From assembly GCA_017991415.1 (NCBI GenBank), contig JAGOQR010000004.1, forward strand, positions 17,549 to 81,548: a stretch of DNA of 64,000 bases. The letters run 5' to 3'. Shown here piece after piece: positions 56,476-64,000 of the stretch (position 1 is the stretch's first letter; each line of letters opens with the position of its first letter). The notes beneath the pieces are model-generated. The model did not search any database. It was not told the origin of the DNA and saw only the letters and a program-made list of their open reading frames with translations. Made by a program: the position numbers and the translations under genes. The DNA is from Candidatus Magasanikiibacteriota bacterium. GTDB taxonomy: Bacteria; Patescibacteriota; Patescibacteriia; Magasanikbacterales; GWA2-37-8.

Positions 56476-57684
56476 ATGAAAAAGCTGGTATTATTATTTA
56501 TCATTACTTTTGCTTTTGGGTTTACTGCCCCTGTTTTTGTTATTGCCCAAACTGCTAGTTCTGCAGAAATTGATGAGCTCAACAAGCAGATTGCCGCTAA
56601 AAAAGAAACCATTAAGCAGCTCGAAGAGACAATTGCGAAATATAATAAAAATATTACACAAACACAAACACAAGCTCAGTCACTCAAAAATCAGTTGAGT
56701 ATTTTGGATAATCATCTTGCCAAAGCAGAAACCGACATTGATTTAACCGAAGCAAAAATAAATCAAGCACAACTGCAAATTGAAGCGTTGGAGCTTACCA
56801 TTGCTTCTAAAGAGGCAACACTTGAAAAACAAAAAGCAATTATTGCCAAAATGGTTCAAAGTATTAATGCTGATAAACAGAAAAATTATTTAGAGGTCTT
56901 GCTAACAAATAATAGTTTTGCTTCTTTCTACGATCAGTTGCAATATACGTTAAAAATTTATCAAGATGTGGGACGGTCAGCCAAGGTGTTGCGACTTATA
57001 AAAGAAGATTTACAATCAAAGCGAGATCAGGTGGTGGCAACCAGAAAAACCTACGAAGATCTAAAAGCTGAACTGGAAGAAAAAAAAGCACGACTAAAAG
57101 GTCAGTCAGTTGCTAAAGAAAATTTACTGGTAACTACCAAATCTTCTGAATTAAAATATCGAACACTATTAAGCAGTCTCAAGCAGCAGTATCAAGCAGT
57201 GATAAACGAACAAAAAGCCTACGAGGATCAGGTAAGAAAAAAATTAGAACAACAAAACAAATTAGGAGATGTGGTTGGTTCGTTTGCTTGGCCTGTTTCT
57301 AGTCGTACGATTACCGCGCAATTTCACGATCCTGATTACCCGTTTAGAAATGTTTTTGAACATAGTGCCATTGATATTCGGGCTTCGCAAGGTACACCTG
57401 TGCGAGCGGCAGCCTCTGGGTATATAGCCAGAGCAAAAACATGCAGTTTAGCAAGTTGTTATGCGTATGTACTTATTGTCCATACTGGAAATTTATCCAC
57501 GCTCTATGGCCATTTAAGCCGCATTGATGTGGCGGCCGATCAATTTGTAAACAAGGGCGATATTATTGGTCTTTCTGGTGGTAAGCCAGGCACGGTAGGA
57601 GCGGGGCCGTTTGTAACAGGTCCCCACTTGCATTTTGAAGTGCGGTTAAATGGTATTCCTGTAGACCCGCTTGGTTATTTATAA
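56476..57684 (+). CDS. M23 family metallopeptidase with N-terminal coiled coil (EnvC-like)
   Basis: Signal peptide, ~250 aa coiled coil, then M23 motifs HSAIDIRA and GPHLHFEVRLNG. Confidence 0.85.
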   Translation: MKKLVLLFIITFAFGFTAPVFVIAQTASSAEIDELNKQIAAKKETIKQLEETIAKYNKNITQTQTQAQSLKNQLSILDNHLAKAETDIDLTEAKINQAQLQIEALELTIASKEATLEKQKAIIAKMVQSINADKQKNYLEVLLTNNSFASFYDQLQYTLKIYQDVGRSAKVLRLIKEDLQSKRDQVVATRKTYEDLKAELEEKKARLKGQSVAKENLLVTTKSSELKYRTLLSSLKQQYQAVINEQKAYEDQVRKKLEQQNKLGDVVGSFAWPVSSRTITAQFHDPDYPFRNVFEHSAIDIRASQGTPVRAAASGYIARAKTCSLASCYAYVLIVHTGNLSTLYGHLSRIDVAADQFVNKGDIIGLSGGKPGTVGAGPFVTGPHLHFEVRLNGIPVDPLGYL

Positions 57685-57701
57685 TGCCATCATATATTAA
57701 T

Positions 57702-58685
57702 ATGAAAATAAAAATCGGAGTGTTAATGGGAGGACCATCAACAGAACGAGAGATCTCTTTGGTAACAGGCAGAGCAATTTTTAATAATATTGATAGAAAA
57801 AAATATCTACCTTCGTTGGTAGAGATGTCCAAAGATAGAAATTTTTGGTTGCTTGATAAAAATGGAAAACAAAAAAGAAGATTGGATTTGCATTACAAAG
57901 ATAGAAAATTATTTGATATTATTTTTATCGCATTACACGGCTCGCCAGGAGAAGATGGGGGAGTGCAAGGAATGTTTGAAACATTAAATATTAAATATAC
58001 AGGGTCCAATGTTCTTTCGAGTGCCTTGGCGATGAACAAAGTATTCTCTGCTCAAATTTACTTTGCCAATAATTTACCTTACCCCGAATTTATTCATTTT
58101 AAAAAGGATGGTTGGAAACGAGAGGCAGCTCGTATTGTGCAAGATATCGAACAAAAAATTGGTTTTCCTGTTGTGATAAAACCTGTTGATGAAGGGTCTG
58201 CCGTTGGGGTGCATATTGTACAATCAAAAGATAAATTAAAAAAAATAATAGATACAAATATCAAGATTTTTCCTTGGCTGATGGCACAGCGTTTTATTAA
58301 GGGGCAAGAAGCAACATGTGGCGTGCTTGAGCAAAAAGGCGAATTGGTCGCGTTGCCTCCTACGCATATTTTGCCAAAAGCAGGAGAATTTTATGATTAT
58401 AAATCAAAATATAAAACAGGTGGTTCCACTCATATTTGTCCTGCAGATTTTGGGGATGATATAAATTTACAGATGCAAAAACTAGCTCTTATGGCTCATA
58501 AGGCATTAGGCTGTCGGGGTATGTCTCGCACCGATATATTTTTAGGCAATGATAAAAAATTATATATTTTAGAAACTAATACCATTCCTGGCATGACACC
58601 CACCAGCCTGCTCCCTGAAGCAGCTGCTCAAGCAGGAATTAGCTTTGCTGCTATGTTAGATGGTATAATTAGAGCTGCTTTATAA
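57702..58685 (+). CDS. ddl: D-alanine--D-alanine ligase
   Basis: KIGVLMGGPSTEREISL...IALHGSPGEDGGVQG...ATP-grasp. ATG 57702 is preferred over the track start at 57684. Confidence 0.9.
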   Translation: MKIKIGVLMGGPSTEREISLVTGRAIFNNIDRKKYLPSLVEMSKDRNFWLLDKNGKQKRRLDLHYKDRKLFDIIFIALHGSPGEDGGVQGMFETLNIKYTGSNVLSSALAMNKVFSAQIYFANNLPYPEFIHFKKDGWKREAARIVQDIEQKIGFPVVIKPVDEGSAVGVHIVQSKDKLKKIIDTNIKIFPWLMAQRFIKGQEATCGVLEQKGELVALPPTHILPKAGEFYDYKSKYKTGGSTHICPADFGDDINLQMQKLALMAHKALGCRGMSRTDIFLGNDKKLYILETNTIPGMTPTSLLPEAAAQAGISFAAMLDGIIRAAL

Positions 58686-58697
58686 AAAGTTTTTTGT

Positions 58698-60818
58698 ATG
58701 ACAGATTTGAAAACATTTTTTAAACCAAATTCAGTAGCTATACTTGGTGCTTCTCGTGATGAAAAGAAAATAGGAAATATTGTTTTGCAAAATATTATTA
58801 ACTCTCGTTTTAAAGGTAGAATTTTCCCAATTAATCCCAATTCTCAAAATATATTAGGACTAACTTGTTACCCAGATTTTGCCGCTTTGCCTCAAACTCC
58901 CGATTTGGCAATTATTTCTTTGCCAGCAACTGTGGCTATGTCACTCCTTGAGTCGATAGCTAAAAAAGGAACCAAAAATATTGTAATTTTTAGCGCTGGG
59001 TTTAAAGAAGCTGGCCTAGAGGGAGAGAAAATGGAGCGAGAATTATCTGTAACTGCTAACAGACTCGGCCTTACTATTCTAGGCCCAAATTGTCTTGGTT
59101 TTGCCAGTACGATAAGTAGTTTGAACGCTACATTTAGTTTGGCTGGAAATACCCCAGGTAATTTACGTTTTATTTCTCAGTCTGGAGCTTTGGCTTCGGC
59201 TATCTTTGATTGGGGAAAACAAAATGAAATTGGTTTTAGTGAGTTTATTACCTTGGGCAACAAAGCAGTGCTTAACGAAAATAATATTTTAGAATATTGG
59301 TTAAGTGATAAAACAGAAAAAATAAAACAAGTAGGGCTCTCCGACTACCAGCCAGTTGGTATGTACCTAGAATCAGTAGAAGTGAGCAAAGAATTTTTGG
59401 AGTTGGCAAAAAAAGTATCTAAAGAAAATCCTATTTTTATTTTAAAACCTGGCAAATCCCAGCATGCGCAAAAAGCCATTCTGTCTCATACAGGTTCTAT
59501 GGCTGGAGACGATAGTGTTCAAGATACGGTATTTGCTGAGGCGGGCATTATTAGGTGCGAAGGTATAGAGGATATGTTTGATTTAAGCAAAATCTTTTCT
59601 TGGGAGAATGCCCCAAAAGGACCCCGCGTAGCAATAGTCTCTAATGCAGGAGGGCCAGCGGTAATTAGTACCGATGCGCTCGAAGCGCATGGTTTGCAAC
59701 TAGCAAAACTGGGTGCTAAAACACTTGAAAAATTAAAAAATAGTTTACCGCGTGCAGCGAGTGTTATTAATCCAGTTGACGTATTGGGAGACGCGTTATC
59801 TGATAGATACCACGAAGCAATCGAAGATGTTTTGGCAGAAGGTGGTGTAGATGCGCTTGTAGTACTTCTTACACCACAAATAATGACTGAGATTAAAGCT
59901 ACGGCCGAGCTTATCGGAACCCTTTCAGCAAAATATAACAAACCAATTGTCTGTTCTTTTATGGGAGGAGCTATGGTAGATGTTGGTGAAAGAGTATTAA
60001 ATGCGTACAAAATTCCTTCGTTTCGTTTTCCAGAACGAGCGATAAAAGCCCTTGCTCATATGTGGCATTGGCAGGAGCAAAGAAAAAAAATAAAAACTCA
60101 AAAAACAGCAGTAGCTGTAAAAAATAATATTAAAAAAATCGAACAGATTATTGCGTCTTTAGAGCCTGGCAACAAAGTTTTGTCTTTAAAACAAGGAGAA
60201 GAGTTGCTCAAATTGTTTGGTATTAAAACGCCAAAATCCGAAGTTGTCCAAAGCTTTGCTCAAGCAAAAATATTTGCTCAAAAAAATCATTGGCCAGTTG
60301 TGTTAAAACTTTCATCTCCAGACCTTATTCATAAAACTGATGGAGGGGCAGTGCTGGTAAATATTCAAACTGACGAAGAGCTGGAAAAAGCATGGCAAAA
60401 AATTACTGCGATAGCTAAAAAATTACCTAAGAAATTTTCTTATTCTATCCAAGTACAGCAACAGGTAGAAAAAGGTACAGAAGTTATTGCTGGGATAAGA
60501 TATGATCATAGTTTTGGTAATGTTTTGTTATTTGGTGCTGGCGGTATTCTAGCCGAACTGGTAGGGGATAGAAATTTAAAAATGTTACCTCTTGATGAAG
60601 AGGATGCAAAAAACATAATAGCAAAATCAAGAGTTTCAAAATTATTAAATGGTTTTAGAGGGCATAAGCCGTATGCAATAAAAAAATTAGCAACTCTTTT
60701 GGTGCAGCTAAGTGCGGCAGCTCAAGCCACCTCATATTTTAGCGAAATTACTATCAACCCAATTATTGTTACGGCAACAGAAGCTTGGGCTGTAGATCCA
60801 AGAATTATTTTAAAATAA
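58698..60818 (+). CDS. Acetate--CoA ligase (ADP-forming), fused alpha/beta (CoA-binding + ATP-grasp)
   Basis: PNSVAILGASRDEKKIGNIV, then a succinyl-CoA-synthetase-like flavodoxin domain, then a C-terminal ATP-grasp domain. 706 aa. Confidence 0.85.
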   Translation: MTDLKTFFKPNSVAILGASRDEKKIGNIVLQNIINSRFKGRIFPINPNSQNILGLTCYPDFAALPQTPDLAIISLPATVAMSLLESIAKKGTKNIVIFSAGFKEAGLEGEKMERELSVTANRLGLTILGPNCLGFASTISSLNATFSLAGNTPGNLRFISQSGALASAIFDWGKQNEIGFSEFITLGNKAVLNENNILEYWLSDKTEKIKQVGLSDYQPVGMYLESVEVSKEFLELAKKVSKENPIFILKPGKSQHAQKAILSHTGSMAGDDSVQDTVFAEAGIIRCEGIEDMFDLSKIFSWENAPKGPRVAIVSNAGGPAVISTDALEAHGLQLAKLGAKTLEKLKNSLPRAASVINPVDVLGDALSDRYHEAIEDVLAEGGVDALVVLLTPQIMTEIKATAELIGTLSAKYNKPIVCSFMGGAMVDVGERVLNAYKIPSFRFPERAIKALAHMWHWQEQRKKIKTQKTAVAVKNNIKKIEQIIASLEPGNKVLSLKQGEELLKLFGIKTPKSEVVQSFAQAKIFAQKNHWPVVLKLSSPDLIHKTDGGAVLVNIQTDEELEKAWQKITAIAKKLPKKFSYSIQVQQQVEKGTEVIAGIRYDHSFGNVLLFGAGGILAELVGDRNLKMLPLDEEDAKNIIAKSRVSKLLNGFRGHKPYAIKKLATLLVQLSAAAQATSYFSEITINPIIVTATEAWAVDPRIILK

Positions 60819-60826
60819 AGATTAGT

Positions 60827-62530
60827 ATGAAACCATTTACTATCAAAGTAGGCGGAGAAGCAGGGTATGGCATAATGTCGACTGGCTTAACTTTTTCTAA
60901 AATCGCCACTCGTTCTGGCTATTCTATTTTTAGTTATGCCGAGTACCCGTCTATTATTCGTGGTGGTCACAATATGGTGCAACTCACAGTAGCCGAAAAA
61001 GCAGTAGCGGCCTCGTATCAAACAACAGATTTACTTGTAGCTCTAAATCAAGAAACAATTGATTTTCATTTCAAAGAACTTGTAGCTGGTTCGGTGTTAA
61101 TTTATGATGGTGAAAAATCTGTTCTGCCAAAATTAGCTAAAGGGGTGTATGCTCTTGCCATACCTCTTAATACAATTTCTAAGGATATCGCTCACACATA
61201 TTTATTACGTAATACAGTAGCTTTGGGTGCAAGTGTGGCGGTTTTGGGAGGAAGTATAAAAATTTTACAAGATTTGCTTAATGAGGAGTTTGCCCACAAG
61301 TCACCAGAAATAAAAAATAATAATCTTCGTGTTGCTCAGGCAGGGTACGACTATGTTAAAGAAAAATACGCTGATACGATAAAAAATATTCTTACTGTTA
61401 AAAAGAAGGCCTCCAAACAAATGGTTATAACAGGTGATGAGGCTATTGCCTTGGGAGCTGTGGCGGCCGGACTGCAGTTTGCTGCAATTTACCCCATGAC
61501 TCCGATCAGTAATATTTTGCATGTACTGGCTGCGTTGCAAGAAAAATATAATTTTATTTACAAACAACCAGAAGACGAAATTTCGGCCATTAATATGGCA
61601 ATTGGTGCTTCTTTTGCTGGTGCTAGGTCTATGACAGCGAGTGCAGGCGGCGGTTTTTGTCTAATGAGTGAAGGCTATGGGTTGGCTGCTATGACCGAAA
61701 CACCGCTTGTTATTATCGAAGGCATGCGTGGTGGTCCAGCTACAGGCTTGCCAACATGGACTGAGCAGGGTGATTTGCGATTTGTCTTACATGCTCACCA
61801 AGGAGAATTTCCTCGCATTGTGTTGGCTGCTGGAGATGCAGAAGAAGCCTTCCATCTTACTATGCAGGCATTTAATCTGGCTGATAAATATCAAACACCG
61901 GTAATTTTAATGGTGGATAAGCAAGTGTGCGAAAGCGGCTTTAGTGTACCAGCGTTTGAATACAATAAGTATAGAATAGCGCAAGGTAAAATAATTATAA
62001 AAAAACAAGCTAATTATAAGCGGTATGCGCTTTCGGCCGACGGTGTTTCGGTACGATCTATCCCTGGTGTAGGGAATCATATTGTTGCAAATTCCGACGA
62101 GCACAATGAACTAGGCTACTCTAATGAAGCCGCACAAAATAGATTGGATCAGATGAATAAGCGAATGCAGAAATTGCAGACTTGCGCACGAAAAGATATG
62201 CCTAAACCAATACTGTATGGTCCAAAAAATGCCGACCTTACTATTGTTTCGTGGGGAAGTAACAAAGGGGCTATTTTGGAAGCGCTCGATCAGTTTAAAA
62301 ATGTTAATTTTTTACATATAACATGGATAAGTCCATTTCCAACCAAAGAAGTGGCTGATGTATTACACAAAGCCAATCGTATTTTGAGTATTGAGTGTAA
62401 TTCAACAGGACAAATGACAGGACTTATAAAAGAGCAAACTGGTATTGGTATTAAAGATAAGTTATTAAAATACGACGGCCGTCCATTTTATCCAGAAGAA
62501 ATTATTGCTAAGATTAAAAAAATAATATAA
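60827..62530 (+). CDS. 2-oxoacid:ferredoxin oxidoreductase alpha subunit (fused gamma-alpha domains)
   Basis: N-terminal gamma-like domain (KVGGEAGYGI...IIRGGHN), then alpha-domain VITGDEAIALGAVAAGLQFAAIYPMTPIS. Confidence 0.85.
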   Translation: MKPFTIKVGGEAGYGIMSTGLTFSKIATRSGYSIFSYAEYPSIIRGGHNMVQLTVAEKAVAASYQTTDLLVALNQETIDFHFKELVAGSVLIYDGEKSVLPKLAKGVYALAIPLNTISKDIAHTYLLRNTVALGASVAVLGGSIKILQDLLNEEFAHKSPEIKNNNLRVAQAGYDYVKEKYADTIKNILTVKKKASKQMVITGDEAIALGAVAAGLQFAAIYPMTPISNILHVLAALQEKYNFIYKQPEDEISAINMAIGASFAGARSMTASAGGGFCLMSEGYGLAAMTETPLVIIEGMRGGPATGLPTWTEQGDLRFVLHAHQGEFPRIVLAAGDAEEAFHLTMQAFNLADKYQTPVILMVDKQVCESGFSVPAFEYNKYRIAQGKIIIKKQANYKRYALSADGVSVRSIPGVGNHIVANSDEHNELGYSNEAAQNRLDQMNKRMQKLQTCARKDMPKPILYGPKNADLTIVSWGSNKGAILEALDQFKNVNFLHITWISPFPTKEVADVLHKANRILSIECNSTGQMTGLIKEQTGIGIKDKLLKYDGRPFYPEEIIAKIKKII

Positions 62531-62578
62531 AAATTGAATAGTTTTATTGTTTGTCATGCCGTCTAAATTATAAAATAT

Positions 62579-63439
62579 ATGACTACGAGCGTACAAAATT
62601 TAAAAACACCCAACATGTGTAATTGGTGTCCAGGTTGTGGAAACTTTGGTATCTGGACTTCTTTTAAAGAAGCGGCGATGAGAGAAAAATGGGATAATAC
62701 TAATAGCGTAATTGTGGCAGGTATTGGTTGCCACGGACATATAAATAATTTTATTGAATTAAGTAGTTTTGAAGGGTTGCATGGACGAGCTCTACCTGTA
62801 GCCTCGGGAATAAAAATGGTTAATGATCGACTAAATGTGTTTGTTTTTACTGGTGATGGTGACTGCCTTGCCGAAGGTGGCAATCATTTTATGCACGCTG
62901 CTCGTCGTAATCAGGATTTGAATGTTATTTTACACGACAACGCTGTTTATGGCCTGACTACTGGCCAAACATCACCTCGTTCGCCTCATGGCTATAAATC
63001 AAAATCGACCCCAACCGGCAACCTAGACGAACCGATTAATCCGTTGTTACTAGCCCTTACTGCTGGTGCAACATTTATTGCCAGGGCTTATTCTGGCGAT
63101 GTGCCTCGCCTTACTAGTTTAATGATCGAAGCAAGTAAGCACAAAGGCTTTTCGGTACTGCAGGTATTGCAGCCGTGTGTAACCTTTAATAGAATATATA
63201 CACATGCTTTTTTCCAAGAAAATATTTATCATCTCGATAAAAAATATAATCCACAAGATAAACAAGCTGCATTTGCCAAGATAATGGAGTGGGGGATAAA
63301 GCAAATTCCAGTGGGAGTGTTGTACCAAGAAGATAGGCCTTCGTATGAACAGCAAATACCGCAAATTCAAAAAGGTCCGCTTCTATCTACTCCAATTAAG
63401 AAAAAAGACATCTCTGAAACTGTAAAATTGTACCAATAA
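62579..63439 (+). CDS. 2-oxoacid:ferredoxin oxidoreductase beta subunit (TPP-binding)
   Basis: NWCPGCGNFGIW, GIGCHG, and TPP motif FTGDGDCLAEGGNHFMHAARRNQDLNVILHDNAVYGLTTGQ. Confidence 0.9.
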   Translation: MTTSVQNLKTPNMCNWCPGCGNFGIWTSFKEAAMREKWDNTNSVIVAGIGCHGHINNFIELSSFEGLHGRALPVASGIKMVNDRLNVFVFTGDGDCLAEGGNHFMHAARRNQDLNVILHDNAVYGLTTGQTSPRSPHGYKSKSTPTGNLDEPINPLLLALTAGATFIARAYSGDVPRLTSLMIEASKHKGFSVLQVLQPCVTFNRIYTHAFFQENIYHLDKKYNPQDKQAAFAKIMEWGIKQIPVGVLYQEDRPSYEQQIPQIQKGPLLSTPIKKKDISETVKLYQ

Positions 63440-63442
63440 CAT

Positions 63443-63913
63443 ATGCCTTCCAAAATATTATTAGTATATTCAACTAACTCGGGCAGCACGTTTACCGTTG
63501 CTCAGATTATCCAAGATATTTTATCTGATAAGTTTGTAGTGGAAATGCAAAATGCCTTAGAGTTTAAACCAGGAGATGTAAAAAATTATAATACCATTAT
63601 TTTGGGTTCCCCAAGCTGGTTTAGTAGGGGATTGGAAGGTATGCCAACGGAGACCATGCTCAAGCTGTTAGATGCCTGGAAAAAAGAAAAATTAGCAGGT
63701 AAAAATTTTGCTCTCTATGGTTGCGGAGATGATGGGTTTGCACAATTTTGTGGTGCGGTTGGACACCTGGAAGATTTTGTAAAAGAAGTGAAAGGCAAGA
63801 GTATTACAACCCCTCTTCGTCTTAATAGTTTTTGGTTTGATATAGACAACAATGTAGCTCTGGCCAAAAAATGGGCAAAAGAATTAAAAGTAAAACTTCT
63901 CGAGATAAAGTAA
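63443..63913 (+). CDS. Flavodoxin
   Basis: ILLVYSTNSGSTFTVAQ is the FMN phosphate-binding loop (T/S-x-T-G-x-T type). Confidence 0.8.
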   Translation: MPSKILLVYSTNSGSTFTVAQIIQDILSDKFVVEMQNALEFKPGDVKNYNTIILGSPSWFSRGLEGMPTETMLKLLDAWKKEKLAGKNFALYGCGDDGFAQFCGAVGHLEDFVKEVKGKSITTPLRLNSFWFDIDNNVALAKKWAKELKVKLLEIK

Positions 63914-64000
63914 GTTACTTCTTGCCACTGTGGAATTTTTTGTGAATATCGCGTAGCTGGGGATTGGTCACGTGCGTATATATTTGAGTCGTGACAATAT

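Noticed and set aside
1-64000. CRISPR arrays, rRNA or tRNA genes, IS elements or prophage
   Set aside because: No regularly spaced direct repeats, no rRNA-like conserved stretches and no cloverleaf-compatible tRNA candidates were seen in intergenic regions. No transposase or integrase ORFs are present. The window reads as core chromosome with a few accessory insertions.

Overview
This is a low-GC (roughly mid-30s %), gene-dense bacterial chromosome segment read in the standard genetic code. Its content and architecture resemble a reduced-genome Patescibacteria/CPR-like organism, but that is an inference from composition and gene content, not a tested assignment. I see no rRNA, tRNA or CRISPR array.

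Housekeeping genes run from lepA (partial) and murJ at the left edge, through a truncated dcw start (mraZ-rsmH-ftsL), to rplU, recR, ybaB and dnaB. After mnmA and a short alaS comes an infA-rpmJ-rpsM-rpsK-rpsD-rpoA-rplQ-rplM-rpsI ribosomal block. The right half holds fmt-def-priA, clpB, uppS, gltX, ddl and a fermentative module of 2-oxoacid:ferredoxin oxidoreductase alpha/beta, flavodoxin and ADP-forming acetyl-CoA synthetase.

Cell-envelope functions are dense: MurJ, an MraY/WecA-family transferase, Wzx flippase, GT4, GT2, TagA/WecG, a WaaL/Wzy_C ligase, a DUF2207 protein, an M23 peptidase and a secreted D,D-carboxypeptidase.

The observations I would look at first:
- A ~0.7 kb GC-rich island (about 3690-4450) encoding a Cys-rich lipoprotein, compositionally foreign to its surroundings.
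- A membrane-anchored Clp/Hsp100-like ATPase with a zinc ribbon and degenerate D1 ATPase motifs, sitting where ftsI and the mur genes normally follow ftsL.
- A DpnI-like methyl-directed restriction endonuclease overlapping the end of a glycosyltransferase gene, with no methyltransferase in view.
- A string of small ORFans leading into a tightly overlapped arfB / GIY-YIG / Pif1-helicase operon.
- A PriA homolog whose helicase motifs I, II and VI are lost.
- A CIRCE-like inverted repeat (9-N9-9) immediately upstream of clpB.
- A lone VirD4/TraD-like P-loop ATPase with a long disordered tail.
- A tandem CxxC zinc-ribbon mini-protein behind a perfect consensus sigma70 promoter.
- RpoA without an alpha-CTD, and AlaRS without the C-Ala domain.

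All coordinates, motifs and stems were read by eye from the sequence. Nothing was computed or searched, so family assignments are recalled from memory of reference sequences.
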